Below are positions 24,551 to 35,401 of a DNA stretch of 64,000 nucleotides, one piece after another. The position numbers and the translations under genes were made by a program. Numbering within the stretch: the stretch's first letter is position 1; the number at the start of each line of letters is the position of its first letter. The DNA is from Escherichia coli. GTDB lineage: Bacteria > Pseudomonadota > Gammaproteobacteria > Enterobacterales > Enterobacteriaceae. The notes beneath the pieces are model-generated. The model was given only the letters and a program-made list of their open reading frames with translations. It was not told the origin of the DNA and searched no databases. The DNA is taken from assembly GCF_029227855.1 (NCBI RefSeq), contig NZ_CP074356.1. The stretch is one strand, 5' to 3'.

Positions 24551-25554
24551 TGGTTTACTCCCACGTTAATTGCCGCCATTGCGCTTTGGGCAATATCCAT
24601 GTCTTGTTCAACGCTACCACCGCTGATGCCAAGCCCCCCGAGCAATATTCCGTCACGCCAGAGGGGGAAGCCGCCACCAAAGGTGACGACTTTGCCTTGC
24701 ATATGGCTTTCGAGCCCGTAAAGCGGCGCGCCGGGTTGCACGGTATCAGCAAGTTTGTGGGTTGCCGTTTTCATCGCCACGGCAGTCCAGGCTTTTTTCG
24801 GTGCCAGTTCACTGCTGACCAACAGGGCATCAGGCATCCGCCAGGTAACACTTTCTGTTCCGTTGGCATCAACAATGCTGATGACAACGGGAATATGCAG
24901 TTCATCCGCGCGCATTGCCGCACTACGAATGAGCTGGTGAAGATCCTGAAAAGTGAGCGGCATTGTGCGTTCCTTCAATGCTGGTGTGTGGTTGGCTTTG
25001 TGATAACGTTTTGTGATTTCCTGAATTATCAGGTTTTGATGAGCGACGTTGTCTTCCACGCGGGCGAGGGCATACAGGCAATCGGAAAGTCGGTTGATAT
25101 AGTGCAGCAAAACATTCCGGACGGTGATTTCCGTTGTCAGTTCAACCAGACGTCTTTCAGCACGTCGAGCCACCGTGCGGGCGAAATGCATACGGCTTGC
25201 AGCTTCACATCGCCCAGGCAGAATGAAGCTGTGAACTGGGGGGACGGCGTTCATTGCGCTATCGATCGCGTTTTCCAGCGCGGCAATTTCTTCCGTACCG
25301 ATGTAACGCAGCTGCGCTGACGGCTGTTCGCTTTCACTGGCAAGTTCGGCGCTAAACCAAAATATCTGTTGTTGAATGGCTTCCAGTAAGATGCGATGGC
25401 TTTCGATGGCGGTGGCGCAATAACACAGACTGAGTGTCGCGTTCAGTTCATCCAGCGTGCCATAGGTTTCGACACGTAGATGAGTTTTGCTGACGCGCTG
25501 TCCGGTAAATAAAGACGTACTTCCTGAATCACCTGTTCGGGTATAAATTGCCAT
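24547..25554 (-). CDS. pduO: ATP:cob(I)alamin adenosyltransferase PduO (PduO-type domain plus DUF336/GlcG-like C-terminal domain)
   Basis: 335-aa ORF (MAIYTRTGDSGSTSLFTGQRVSK...), 4-nt overlap with pduP. Confidence 0.92.
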   Translation of the reverse strand: MAIYTRTGDSGSTSLFTGQRVSKTHLRVETYGTLDELNATLSLCYCATAIESHRILLEAIQQQIFWFSAELASESEQPSAQLRYIGTEEIAALENAIDSAMNAVPPVHSFILPGRCEAASRMHFARTVARRAERRLVELTTEITVRNVLLHYINRLSDCLYALARVEDNVAHQNLIIQEITKRYHKANHTPALKERTMPLTFQDLHQLIRSAAMRADELHIPVVISIVDANGTESVTWRMPDALLVSSELAPKKAWTAVAMKTATHKLADTVQPGAPLYGLESHMQGKVVTFGGGFPLWRDGILLGGLGISGGSVEQDMDIAQSAMAAINVGVNQ

Positions 25555-25565
25555 CTTTCAGCTCC

Positions 25566-25841
25566 TTAGCGCGAAAGCGTATCGACAATGCCGACCACTG
25601 CCAGGTCGATGGCCTCGTTAGGGCCGGAAAACACATGTCTGGCGCTGGAACCACTGCTGAGGAGTACCAACTCACCAACGCCTGCGCCGACTGAATCAAC
25701 GGCAACTTCGTCGCCGGTTAATGGCGTGAGAGGCAGTTCGCCGTCAGCACTGACCCGGCGAACCAGCAGCAGTTTTTTCCCGATCAGAGATGGTGATTTT
25801 TGCGTGGATACTACCGCGCCAGTGACTCGAGCCAGATGCAT
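25566..25841 (-). CDS. pduN: BMC vertex (pentamer) protein PduN (EutN/CcmL family)
   Basis: 91-aa ORF ([27 protein letters not shown]...). Confidence 0.92.
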   Translation of the reverse strand: MHLARVTGAVVSTQKSPSLIGKKLLLVRRVSADGELPLTPLTGDEVAVDSVGAGVGELVLLSSGSSARHVFSGPNEAIDLAVVGIVDTLSR

Positions 25842-25844
25842 AGG

Positions 25845-26336
25845 TTACTCCTGCCTAATTAACTGAATATTTCGGGTAATTGCCGCTTCACGAGCCAGTG
25901 CGGTCACACAACATTTCCGCTGTAACACCAGTATTCCCGAGCTTAACTGTGCGATATCGGCATAACTTAAAAGTCGATCACGATGAAGGTAGATCGGTTG
26001 CCCTTGTTCGTCGCACCAGCTTAGCGGTAGACGGGCGAGAGTCTTCAATTCAATGGCGTTCAGGAAATGACGCTGCAACGACAATTGAATGTGCATTCCC
26101 CAGGCTAACGCTTCGTGTATCTGGATTGCTGCTCGATCTGACGTTTCGTTCTCCGCAAGTTGTCGCAGCAGCGGCAGATCGACATATCGGATTTGTAATG
26201 ACGCATACTGATGAACGCTCTCTTGAACGCTGGCGTCTCGCAGTTGAAAAACAGTCAGCACGAGTGCTTTTCTCGCACGTTGTTTAAGGCGAAAAACCAC
26301 CTCGTCAACAATACGTTGCATCAGCATGTTATTCAT
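25845..26336 (-). CDS. pduM: Microcompartment structural protein PduM
   Basis: 163-aa ORF in the conserved pduL-M-N position. It has an amphipathic N terminus (MLMQRIVDEVVFRLKQ). Confidence 0.85.
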   Translation of the reverse strand: MNNMLMQRIVDEVVFRLKQRARKALVLTVFQLRDASVQESVHQYASLQIRYVDLPLLRQLAENETSDRAAIQIHEALAWGMHIQLSLQRHFLNAIELKTLARLPLSWCDEQGQPIYLHRDRLLSYADIAQLSSGILVLQRKCCVTALAREAAITRNIQLIRQE

Positions 26337-26965
26337 GGCACTGACACCAGTGTGGCAAAAACGTCAGGGCTATCAGCGCCTGCGGCGTTGGCCTCATCGG
26401 TATCAATATGCATTTCAAGACGCATATCCGGAGAGACGCGAACAGCGACGTTTTCGAATATCAGTCGTCGCTCACCACCTTCAATGGCAACCGCCACTTT
26501 ATCGCCATGCGTAACGCCATAAATCAGGGCATCCAGCGGAGACATATGAATATGCCGTTGCGCGACAATGACGCCAGATGTGATCTCCAGTTCCGCAAAT
26601 GGGCTTATCAAACGAATCCCCGGAGTGCCGCTGAGATCGCCTGACATGCGTAGCGGGGCGGTGATCCCTAACGTTCTGGCGTCCGTCCGGGAAATTTCCA
26701 CCTGGCTTGCATTGCGTAGCGGCCCCAACAAGCGAACGTTGTGCAATTTGCCTTTTGGTCCCTCCAGCGTAACAACCTGTTCAGCAGCGAATTGGCCAGG
26801 TTGCATTAACGGCTTTTTCTCGCTAATCGGTTGTTCAGGAAAAAGACGCAAATAATCCGCTGTTGAAAGATGAATATGGCGACTGGAAACGCCCAGTGGG
26901 ATAGGGCGCTCGCGCATCTCATCCAGAATCTGGCTCACTGTTTCCTGCAGGGTTTGTTTATCCAC
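26333..26965 (-). CDS. pduL: Phosphate propanoyltransferase PduL
   Basis: 210-aa ORF with duplicated PduL motifs (GVSSRHIHLS..., AQRHIHMSP) and an N-terminal targeting helix. Confidence 0.92.
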   Translation of the reverse strand: MDKQTLQETVSQILDEMRERPIPLGVSSRHIHLSTADYLRLFPEQPISEKKPLMQPGQFAAEQVVTLEGPKGKLHNVRLLGPLRNASQVEISRTDARTLGITAPLRMSGDLSGTPGIRLISPFAELEITSGVIVAQRHIHMSPLDALIYGVTHGDKVAVAIEGGERRLIFENVAVRVSPDMRLEMHIDTDEANAAGADSPDVFATLVSVP

Positions 26966-26967
26966 TG

Positions 26968-27390
26968 CTACTCCCCTCGCTTATTGGCGTACAGGCAAAG
27001 TGAGCGGGGCTCACCTTTTTGCCGCTGACATGCCGGGTCAAGACACAAATTACAACTGATAATCTCTGAGGTGACGGTTGTTGCTGGTGTTTTGCTTGTT
27101 TCAACCGTCACGGTCAATGCTTCAATTGTGTGGGGCAGAATGCCGTCTCCCGGGCGGGCAATCACTTTGTGTGCGACAAGGCCATTTCGCTGTCCGGCGA
27201 AACTGGCTCCCGTCGCGATCGCCGCATTAACCGAGGCGACGTCACCGGTGATTTTGATGAGCGTCCAGCCTGAGCCATTGGTCTTCTCAAGGCCAACCAG
27301 CGTGATGGACGCGGCTTTTGCCATAGCGTCTGCGCAACTGATGGCGAGAGCCAGACCACTGACTTCAAGTAATCCCAGTGATTGCTTCAC
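26968..27390 (-). CDS. pduK: BMC shell protein PduK with Cys-rich C-terminal tail
   Basis: 140-aa ORF with an N-terminal BMC domain (MKQSLGLLEVSGLALAISCADAMAKAA) and the tail CNLCLDPACQRQKGEPRSLC. Confidence 0.9.
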   Translation of the reverse strand: MKQSLGLLEVSGLALAISCADAMAKAASITLVGLEKTNGSGWTLIKITGDVASVNAAIATGASFAGQRNGLVAHKVIARPGDGILPHTIEALTVTVETSKTPATTVTSEIISCNLCLDPACQRQKGEPRSLCLYANKRGE

Positions 27391-27413
27391 GCTGTGCTCC
27401 TTAGCGAATGGGG

Positions 27414-27689
27414 TTATGCTGATTTAGGTAAAATAGCCTCAACATCACTGTGTGGGCGCGGGATGACATGGCAGGATTTCACTTCGCCAACGGCGCTTGC
27501 GGCGGCGCTTCCTGCATCAACGGCGGCTTTTACTGCGCCAACATCGCCACGGACCATCACCGTAATCAGACCCGAACCAATCTTTTCATAGCCAACCAGC
27601 TGCACGTTGGCGGATTTAACCATGGCATCTGCAGCTTCAATTGCGCCAACTAACCCTTTTGTTTCAACCAGTCCTAGTGCGTTGTTCAT
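27414..27689 (-). CDS. pduJ: BMC hexamer shell protein PduJ
   Basis: 91-aa ORF ([41 protein letters not shown]...). Confidence 0.95.
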   Translation of the reverse strand: MNNALGLVETKGLVGAIEAADAMVKSANVQLVGYEKIGSGLITVMVRGDVGAVKAAVDAGSAAASAVGEVKSCHVIPRPHSDVEAILPKSA

Positions 27690-27708
27690 ACTGCATTTCT
27701 CCTGTGGA

Positions 27709-28059
27709 TTATGAGTGGAGTTCCCGGAAGGGAATCCCTTTTACCAGGCGGGCAGCGTTAGAGCCAATGCTGCGCCGGGCATGGTTATCTTGTTGATACA
27801 TCAGCGTAAACAGTGGCGCTGATGCCGGTAAGTTTTTGTAATGCACAATCAGTTTTTCCTGATCGCAGGCAATGCCAACCAACAGGGGAGATTGACTAGC
27901 AGCCAGCCAGGCGCTATCGATAACTTCACCTGACGGAATGTGTTGAATGCGAAAGGGAATACCTTCCTCTTCAATGCCAAGAAGCACCTCATCCCATATA
28001 GTGATGCAGTTACCGATCTCCATGACGACGATGGCTGGTGCACGCTCTTTACTTTCCAT
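27709..28059 (-). CDS. pduH: Diol dehydratase reactivase small subunit
   Basis: 116-aa ORF overlapping the pduG 3' end, in the conserved pduG-H-J position. Confidence 0.9.
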   Translation of the reverse strand: MESKERAPAIVVMEIGNCITIWDEVLLGIEEEGIPFRIQHIPSGEVIDSAWLAASQSPLLVGIACDQEKLIVHYKNLPASAPLFTLMYQQDNHARRSIGSNAARLVKGIPFRELHS

Positions 28060-29881
28060 GAATCGACTCCTTGTGCCAGGCGATGAGTAGCCCAGTAGCT
28101 ACCGCGTTGCGCGGACCTTCGCTACCACGGATATTCCCCCGTCCGGCGACCAATCGATAATGCGCCAATGCATCGGTGACTAACTGCGGTACTTCGAAAT
28201 CCAGCGAAGAACCGCCCACCAGAACGACGAACGGAATATCGCGAATATTTCCGGCAGGGCTTACCTGACGTAGCGCGCGCAGGGCATTGGTTACGAAGAC
28301 ACGCTCTTTCGCACTGCGGCGGACAGCGCGTACTTTTTCCAGCGTCAAATCACCGGGAATGGGCACCAGTTCGTCGGGTTTCACTACACAGACGCGGGCA
28401 AATACATGGGGGGATAGGGGAGTAGGGAAGAACTGAACGCTGCCATCTTCATGGCGTAAGTGGAACAGGCTTTCTACTTTTGCCAACGGGTACTTTTTGA
28501 TTTCTTCTGCCAGATAACGATCATTTAAGCCCAGCTCACGAGCGATAATCATCGTTACCATGTCGCCCGCTCCCGCAAGGTGAGTGGCAACAATTTCTCC
28601 TTTCTGATTGATGATGGAGGCATCGGTAGAGCCTGCACCTAAGTCCAGAATTGCCAGTGGACGTGTGGTTCCAGGGGTAGTCAAGGCCCCCTGAATGGCG
28701 GCTTCTGCTTCTGCGCCTCCGACCTGAACATCAACATGCAGTTTTTGCTTAATTTCACTGGCGATCATTGCCATTTGCAGACGGTCGGATTTCACCATAG
28801 AGGCAATACCCACAGCCTGTTCCAGTGAAAATTCACCTGCCAGACCGCCGGTTACGCTGACGGGGACAGAGGTATCTATCGCCAGCAAATCCTGAATAAA
28901 AATTTCGTTGCTGGGTTTGTTGGTCAGTTCCGCCATGGTCTGGCGAACATGTTCCAGCATTCCGCCGATGTTGGTGCCTGGTTCTCCCGTCACGTTTTCC
29001 AGTTTTGGGCACTCACCGACCGCTTTCATAATGGCATCGGCACCAGCAGCTACATCAACGCGCGTTGTGCGCCCGGCAGAAAGCAGTTCGATATTTCCGG
29101 CGGGTATCGAACGGGCTTTAACGTCGCCAGAAGGCGTTTTCACTACCACTGCTGAACGGTTGCCGATTAGCGCCCGCGCGACAGGAACAATATTTTTAGT
29201 CTCTTCAGCATTGAGGGCGAAAACGGTGGCAATCCCATACGGGTTAGACAGGGTTTCGATAACTTTCCCGGGAACGGCAACTTCAATTGCAGCCAGCATG
29301 CCGAGCGGAATACGATCGATGTAGAGGACTTCATCAACAATAGGTACAGCAATTTCCAGGCGGTTACTGACCAGCACGCCATCGTCGCGTTGCAGAATAA
29401 CGCCAGTCAGCTGATATCCGGCACGTACGGAGGCGTTTATCATCGTCGCGATATCGGCAAAATCAAATGCCGATGACACCACCAGGATGTAAGGTGTGTC
29501 CGCCGGGCGTGTTAATAACTCTTGCGGAGTGATGGTGAGCCCTACGCCCAGCCCCACTCCGCCCGGAGTTTTCGGGTTGTGACCGATCATGGTTGATTCG
29601 GTGATGATGGTTTCAGTGATGGTTTCCATCGCCACATCACCAATGACCGGAGTTGCTTCGTTGATACGAATAAGCGAAATATCGCTAACATTGATGCCGA
29701 CTTTTTTCGTTGCCTGTGCGAGCGCCTCCTGAATACCATGGACGTTACGCAACGTACCTTTAATTCCGGTGGTTTCCGCCAGGGCGCTACTCACGAACGA
29801 CAACTCTCCAGTTGCACTGAGCGTTGCCAGCGCAACCTCTGTTGATGAGTTGCCGATATCAATGCCTGCTATATATCGCAT
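28049..29881 (-). CDS. pduG: Diol dehydratase reactivase large subunit (ATPase, DdrA-like)
   Basis: 610-aa ORF (MRYIAGIDIGNSSTEVALATL...), actin/HSP70-like ATPase fold. Confidence 0.93.
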   Translation of the reverse strand: MRYIAGIDIGNSSTEVALATLSATGELSFVSSALAETTGIKGTLRNVHGIQEALAQATKKVGINVSDISLIRINEATPVIGDVAMETITETIITESTMIGHNPKTPGGVGLGVGLTITPQELLTRPADTPYILVVSSAFDFADIATMINASVRAGYQLTGVILQRDDGVLVSNRLEIAVPIVDEVLYIDRIPLGMLAAIEVAVPGKVIETLSNPYGIATVFALNAEETKNIVPVARALIGNRSAVVVKTPSGDVKARSIPAGNIELLSAGRTTRVDVAAGADAIMKAVGECPKLENVTGEPGTNIGGMLEHVRQTMAELTNKPSNEIFIQDLLAIDTSVPVSVTGGLAGEFSLEQAVGIASMVKSDRLQMAMIASEIKQKLHVDVQVGGAEAEAAIQGALTTPGTTRPLAILDLGAGSTDASIINQKGEIVATHLAGAGDMVTMIIARELGLNDRYLAEEIKKYPLAKVESLFHLRHEDGSVQFFPTPLSPHVFARVCVVKPDELVPIPGDLTLEKVRAVRRSAKERVFVTNALRALRQVSPAGNIRDIPFVVLVGGSSLDFEVPQLVTDALAHYRLVAGRGNIRGSEGPRNAVATGLLIAWHKESIHGK

Positions 29882-29890
29882 AGTTCGTCC

Positions 29891-30409
29891 TTAATCGTCG
29901 CCTTTCAGTTTTTTGCGCTCGACATAAAGTTCCGCAGCTTCACGGACAAATGCAGCACAAATTTTGGCCTGATAACGCCGTTCAAGATCGTCAGCAATGG
30001 CAATAAGTTCTTGCTTAGTCGAACGATAAGGGCGTAACGCATTGTAGATTTCGAGGATGCGATCATCCGGTACTGAGGTAAGCTCAGCGGCGCGTTCAAA
30101 ATTCATCGCCAGGCGATCGCGACCAGCATCTCTGGCAATCGCGGCCTGAATACGCAATGTTTCAGGGGTTATACGCATATCCTGGGCGGTGACGTTATCG
30201 CTGAGTACATTTTCCAGAGTGAAATCGTCGAGCGTTTTATTGGTCGCCGTTTTAACCCATTCCGGATGTTTATTTGCCAGCGGATAATCCGTCACTTTGG
30301 CGCTCTGTATTGACGCGTTGGGTGCCGCAGAAACAGGAGCTGCATCCTGTAAACTGTTCATGCGATTCAACACGTCCCTGACCATCGACTCAATTGCATC
30401 GGTATTCAT
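29891..30409 (-). CDS. pduE: B12-dependent diol dehydratase small (gamma) subunit
   Basis: 172-aa ORF (MNTDAIESMVRDVLNRMNSLQ...) in the pduC-D-E order. Confidence 0.93.
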   Translation of the reverse strand: MNTDAIESMVRDVLNRMNSLQDAAPVSAAPNASIQSAKVTDYPLANKHPEWVKTATNKTLDDFTLENVLSDNVTAQDMRITPETLRIQAAIARDAGRDRLAMNFERAAELTSVPDDRILEIYNALRPYRSTKQELIAIADDLERRYQAKICAAFVREAAELYVERKKLKGDD

Positions 30410-30423
30410 GAAGGTTTCCTTTG

Positions 30424-31092
30424 TTAAAACGTCACGCGCAGTTCTTGCGGTTTTTTGCCAGTGACCACGTACTTCGTCTCTTTAATATGCAAAATGGCAG
30501 ATTTGGCCTGGTATTTCGGCCGCGCCATTTGATCGTTGAGGGTCGGCACCGGTTGTGGAGACTCACGCTTTGCATAACGCGCGGCGTTTTTGCCAATCTG
30601 ACGATAAGTTTCCAGCGTCAACAAAGGCGCTTGTGGGAATAGTTCCAGGTTAGACAAGGGAGGAAGACCTTGCTGGTGGATAACCGTTGTGCCTTTCGAC
30701 TGAATACCGATAGCAATACCTGAACCACTAAGACGATCGCCTTCGACTGCTACGAATGCGACATCGGACGATTTAAAGCAGCGAATCACACGGGCTTTAA
30801 TGCCTTCTTCTTCGATACCAGCAATCACTTCGCGCAAGATGTTTTTATGCGGAATACCGATGATATTGACGGTTTGCGCCAGGCCGAACGCCGGGCCTAC
30901 AGCAATAATGACTTCATCTTGCTGAGTGCCTTGTTGGGCTTCGCCAATTTCGGCCAGAAAAGTTCCGGTATCTGGCGCGGAAGAGACAGTTGCACAGGCA
31001 GGTGCGCGAAATGAAACGGGCTTGTCGCTGGTTTGCATTTCTGCCAGCACGTCTTCGATAATCTGACGCAGTAATTTTTCGTTAATTTCCAT
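30424..31092 (-). CDS. pduD: B12-dependent diol dehydratase medium (beta) subunit
   Basis: 222-aa ORF with an N-terminal encapsulation helix ([19 protein letters not shown]). Confidence 0.93.
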   Translation of the reverse strand: MEINEKLLRQIIEDVLAEMQTSDKPVSFRAPACATVSSAPDTGTFLAEIGEAQQGTQQDEVIIAVGPAFGLAQTVNIIGIPHKNILREVIAGIEEEGIKARVIRCFKSSDVAFVAVEGDRLSGSGIAIGIQSKGTTVIHQQGLPPLSNLELFPQAPLLTLETYRQIGKNAARYAKRESPQPVPTLNDQMARPKYQAKSAILHIKETKYVVTGKKPQELRVTF

Positions 31093-31101
31093 TTCTCACC
31101 C

Positions 31102-32766
31102 TTAGTCAATTTCGTTGGGATCAAGTGCACCGGGAATATTTTTGATCTCTTCCCAGCGTTCCCCTTGCAGGCGGTAACCTGTAGCCGGTCCGGCGTAATC
31201 ATTGACGTCATTGACCGCAGAGAGCACTTGTCCGTCATCGACGATGATGGCTGAGGTATGGAGATAATCGCCGGTCAGTTTTGCTTTTTGCATGTTGAGC
31301 ATGTCTTGGGCGACATCGGTAAAACCGCCTTGCGCCAGGGCTTTCACCACTTCCAGGCTGTTCCGGTTTTTATTGATAATCTCCTGGGCGAACTTGATGT
31401 CTTCCACAATATTGCGCTCAGGCATATCTTTTGAACCGTGGGCATAGGTTGCCGCTTCGACTTCTTCATCGGTAATAGGCGGTAGTCCCATACCGGCAAA
31501 GACAGCCTGTAAAGCGCGAGCGGCTTTATTGCGGATAGCGATAACATCTTCTTCGCGTACTGGTCGCAGGCCGCCATCAACCTTCAGGTCACGCTGAATG
31601 ACGTTGTAATCATCGAAGTCTTCAGCATCTTCGTTTGAACCAGCAAACATGTTGTCGTAGTTCGGCACAGCGGAAAAACCGGAAGAGATAAAGTCGGTAC
31701 CTGGCAGAAACTGCATCAGGAAACGTGCGGTACGGCGCATATCCGAGTGGGTAAAGGTCTGGTCATTACTGGAGGCGCATTCCAGATCCAGCGATGAGCA
31801 AATTAAGTTTTCCGCTAATACTGCGCGGATGCCTGATGGCACAGCCGATGGAACACCGATGCAGCTTACCGAACCATTCTGTAGACCCTGAACTCCTGCG
31901 GCTTTGGTGATGTAAATGCAACGAGCCTCGAGATAAAGCATTGATTTGCCTTCCGCGTAACCCATCTGTACTTCAGAGCCGGAGCCGGAAGTAAAGCGCA
32001 TTTTTAAGCCGCGAGACGCATAGGATGACGCGAGAAATCCTTTTGACCACGGGGTGTCATCGCCATCGGTGAAAACAGGTTCTGTACCATAGACAGAAAT
32101 TGTTTCGGCGTAACAGGTGTGGCCTAACATACCGAGTTTCAGTTCGGTGGCTTCTTCCAGTGAACACTGGGTCAAGACGCCCGGACGTCCCACCTGTGAG
32201 CCGACCAGCAGGGCGATGGCGTTGAACGGGGCATAGCGAGCAACGGCAACGGTGGTTTCCTGTTCATCAAACCCGCGCCATGCGCCTTCAGCTGCGTCGG
32301 CGGCAATTTGTACCGGGTTATCTTTGACGTTGGTGACGTGAGCCTGTTGTGATGGTGTTCGACGGGCGCGCATTTTCTGCATCGCCATCATCATCTCTAC
32401 CACGTTCATCTGCGAAACAACTTCGACGATTTTTGCAGGCGTCATTGCTGTGGTAAGGGGAACGATATCGCTACGTTTGACATTTGGATCGCACAACATA
32501 TTGGCAAGTTTTACCGAATCCATCGCGATGACTTCTTCTGCACGCGCGAGATTGATGCCGTAGCGGGCGATAAAGTGGTCGATCAGGTCAAACTGGCTGG
32601 CGGGTTTTCCATCCAGTTCGGTAACGACGCCGTTAACAATTTTGATTGACGGTTTAGGATCGTTCGGGCTTTCCATCGCAATGAAGCCTTCTTCAATCCA
32701 CTCTTTAACGAAACCGTCCTGGTTGACCGGGCGTTTTGCCAGTGCTTCAAATCTTTTCGATCTCAT
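31102..32766 (-). CDS. pduC: B12-dependent diol dehydratase large (alpha) subunit
   Basis: 554-aa ORF (MRSKRFEALAKRPVNQDGFVKEWIEEGFIAMESPNDPKPSIK...). Confidence 0.96.
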   Translation of the reverse strand: MRSKRFEALAKRPVNQDGFVKEWIEEGFIAMESPNDPKPSIKIVNGVVTELDGKPASQFDLIDHFIARYGINLARAEEVIAMDSVKLANMLCDPNVKRSDIVPLTTAMTPAKIVEVVSQMNVVEMMMAMQKMRARRTPSQQAHVTNVKDNPVQIAADAAEGAWRGFDEQETTVAVARYAPFNAIALLVGSQVGRPGVLTQCSLEEATELKLGMLGHTCYAETISVYGTEPVFTDGDDTPWSKGFLASSYASRGLKMRFTSGSGSEVQMGYAEGKSMLYLEARCIYITKAAGVQGLQNGSVSCIGVPSAVPSGIRAVLAENLICSSLDLECASSNDQTFTHSDMRRTARFLMQFLPGTDFISSGFSAVPNYDNMFAGSNEDAEDFDDYNVIQRDLKVDGGLRPVREEDVIAIRNKAARALQAVFAGMGLPPITDEEVEAATYAHGSKDMPERNIVEDIKFAQEIINKNRNSLEVVKALAQGGFTDVAQDMLNMQKAKLTGDYLHTSAIIVDDGQVLSAVNDVNDYAGPATGYRLQGERWEEIKNIPGALDPNEID

Positions 32767-32784
32767 AAATCTGCCTCAGAGAAT

Positions 32785-33597
32785 TCAGATGTAGGAAGGG
32801 CGATCGTTTTTCGGTGTATCGCCGAGAGTCGAAAGCACGGTTTTACCGATTTCGCGTGCGGAGATGACCGCCTGGCGGACTGCGCCGGAGTCACCCGAGA
32901 TAATCAGAATGACTTCATTGCTGTAGCTGGTGCCTTGAGCGGGGGAGCTGTATGCCACAACATCCACATTGGCGGACTTCAGCGCGGTGTCTGCCATCAG
33001 AACACCCACAGCAGCCGGAGCGCCGACAATAACGCCGCAAGCCCGTCCCAATGGTGCACCAAACGCTTTTTCCAGTGCATAGCTGGCGCGGGCGGTATAT
33101 TGCAGCTCAAGATGTCCGGCTTCGTTGGCATAGACATCGCCAAAGGTTCGATCGAGTTCTTTCAGGGCAACTTCAATACCGCGTTTCACGTCGGAAACAT
33201 CGTTGCCACCTAAGAGGATCAATGAGCCGTGTCCGGCACCGCCTTTAGTATCGCGAGGAAGTTCAATGCTAATAACTTCAGTGTTGGTGGCTTTTACCGC
33301 TTCATCAGCGGCCATAATGTGTGGACCTGCGCCAATACGCGCACCCAGAATGCCAATGGAACGATAGCGTTTTTCAAGTTTCATTGCGTCCAACAGGGCG
33401 CTATCAACGTTCGCAATGACCAGACCTACAGTGTCGCCAATAGCGGTGCCAACAAATTCTGTTAATGTGCAGCTTTTTTCTGCCATAGCCGTCTCTCGTA
33501 TTTGATGAGTGGTTTTCGGGAGAACCTCATGCTCTGGCGTCGCTACGCGAGCGATGACCTGCGCCATGATCTGTTCGACCAGTTCATTGCTGCTCAT
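32785..33597 (-). CDS. pduB: Tandem-BMC trimer shell protein PduB
   Basis: 270-aa ORF. An internal Met ([13 protein letters not shown]) sits where Salmonella makes the shorter PduB' isoform. 4-nt overlap with pduA. Confidence 0.93.
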   Translation of the reverse strand: MSSNELVEQIMAQVIARVATPEHEVLPKTTHQIRETAMAEKSCTLTEFVGTAIGDTVGLVIANVDSALLDAMKLEKRYRSIGILGARIGAGPHIMAADEAVKATNTEVISIELPRDTKGGAGHGSLILLGGNDVSDVKRGIEVALKELDRTFGDVYANEAGHLELQYTARASYALEKAFGAPLGRACGVIVGAPAAVGVLMADTALKSANVDVVAYSSPAQGTSYSNEVILIISGDSGAVRQAVISAREIGKTVLSTLGDTPKNDRPSYI

Positions 33598-33878
33598 GGG
33601 TTAATTCCCTTTGGTAAGATTTTTTCGACATCGGTATGTGGGCGGGGAATAACATGTACGGCTTTTACTTCGCCGACGTTACGCGCAGCTGCGGCACCTG
33701 CGTCTGTTGCCGCTTTTACCGCCCCGACATCACCACGAACGATGACGGTCACCAGCCCGGAACCTATTTTTTCGTAGCCGACCAGCAAAACATTTGCCGA
33801 CTTCACCATGGCGTCTGCGGCCTCTATGGCGGCAGTTAAGCCTTTGGTTTCTACCATTCCTAACGCTTCTTGTTGCAT
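33594..33878 (-). CDS. pduA: BMC hexamer shell protein PduA, first gene of the pdu operon
   Basis: 94-aa ORF ([42 protein letters not shown]...). Confidence 0.96.
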   Translation of the reverse strand: MQQEALGMVETKGLTAAIEAADAMVKSANVLLVGYEKIGSGLVTVIVRGDVGAVKAATDAGAAAARNVGEVKAVHVIPRPHTDVEKILPKGINP

Positions 33879-34389
33879 AAAGACCTCGCCTGGATTTTTT
33901 TGACGATATGACTATAAAAAAAAGCGAGGAAAAAGAATGGCTGACTTAATCGGCTAATGAGAAAAATTAATAGAGAACAAATATTATAAAATTGCTTTTA
34001 TGAACTATATGTTGTTAATTTATTAGTTGTTTTGTGGATATTTCAATGTGAATTAATTGCGTTGGCTAGTGAGTTTAATCGCGAGTAATATTTCGTTGAG
34101 TTTAGTTCGAGGAAGGAACTGTGATATTTGTTTCAATTTTATTATATCATGATGGCAATTTTTTATTGTGAAAGTTTGACAGTAATTATTACTTTCAACA
34201 CTGATTAACGCTGTGTTGCATGATTCGGCAATGACAATAATTTGTTATGTTAGCACGATTTTTACACGAGTCTGTCATGCATGTTGGCAATATTTTCTGC
34301 AGAGCAATTTTTTATAGTTGCGCTCGGTATACACAACAATCAGCGCGTAGTTGGCTGATAAAGAAAAACTCCGTAAAGAAGGTGTCACT
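33879..34389. promoter_or_regulatory. Divergent pdu / pduF-pocR control region
   Basis: About 510 bp of very AT-rich ORF-free DNA between the divergent pduA and pduF. It corresponds to the PocR/CRP/ArcA/IHF-controlled region in Salmonella. Individual sites were not resolved. Confidence 0.5.
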
Positions 34390-35199
34390 ATGAATGATTC
34401 ACTCAAGGCGCAATGCGTTGCCGAGTTTTTAGGCACCGGACTGTTCCTCTTTTTTGGCATTGGTTGTTTGTGCGCCCTGAAAGTTGCCGGGGCAAGTCTG
34501 GGACTGTGGGAAATTTGTATCATTTGGGGGTTAGGGATTTCGCTTGCTGTTTACCTTACGGCAGGTATTTCCGGCGCTCATCTCAACCCGGCAGTTACCA
34601 TTGCTCTGTGGCTGTTTGCCTCTTTCCCAGCCCGTAAAGTGCTGCCATTTTGTGTGGCGCAATTAGCGGGTGCTTTTGGTGGTGCGATTCTGGCATATTC
34701 TCTCTACAGCAGTTTATTTACCGATTTTGAATCTGCTCACAATATGGTGCGTGGTAGCGCAGAAAGTTTACAACTCGCCAGTATCTTCAGTACTTATCCG
34801 GCAGCGGCGATTAATGTATGGCAAGCTGCGTTGGTCGAAGTGGTCATAACGTCCATGTTAATGGGGTTGATTATGGCGTTGACCGATGACGGTAATGGCG
34901 TACCCAAAGGACCACTTGCGCCTTTACTTATTGGTATTCTGGTTGCTGTTATTGGTGCTTCTACCGGACCATTAACCGGTTTTGCCATGAATCCAGCGCG
35001 TGATTTTGGACCTAAGATTTTCACCTGGCTTGCGGGGTGGGGAGAAATTGCGATGACTGGTGGACGCAATATTCCTTATTTCATTGTACCCATTATTGCA
35101 CCGATCATTGGGGCATGTGTTGGTGCGGCGATTTATCGCTATCTCATTGCAAAGAATTTACCTGTCAATAGTGTAGCGCCTAAAGAAATTAGCGAATAA
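34390..35199 (+). CDS. pduF: Propanediol diffusion facilitator (MIP/aquaglyceroporin family)
   Basis: The Met at MNDSLKAQCVAEFLGTG gives 269 aa with two NPA boxes (HLNPAVT, MNPARD). Confidence 0.93.
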   Translation: MNDSLKAQCVAEFLGTGLFLFFGIGCLCALKVAGASLGLWEICIIWGLGISLAVYLTAGISGAHLNPAVTIALWLFASFPARKVLPFCVAQLAGAFGGAILAYSLYSSLFTDFESAHNMVRGSAESLQLASIFSTYPAAAINVWQAALVEVVITSMLMGLIMALTDDGNGVPKGPLAPLLIGILVAVIGASTGPLTGFAMNPARDFGPKIFTWLAGWGEIAMTGGRNIPYFIVPIIAPIIGACVGAAIYRYLIAKNLPVNSVAPKEISE

Positions 35200-35401
35200 C
35201 GAAATAATCTGGCAGTTATAAACGTTTATTTTTTTACTGTTTGTGATCTGCTTTCCGAACTTATTAAAAAGTCTCCCGCTTCATGGAGGCTTTTGTTATT
35301 GTCCTTTGTGCTTCTCGTCAGTAAATCATCAGGGATGATGTGAAGATTAAATGTAAAACAATTGTTTTGCTATAACAATAAATTAACTGGGAGGTTTTAT
35401 C

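Noticed and set aside
24526-25320. 264-aa plus-strand ORF antisense to pduO/pduP
   Set aside because: It is antisense to two recognisable pdu genes, has no SD and gives a low-complexity, odd-composition product. It is a shadow ORF.
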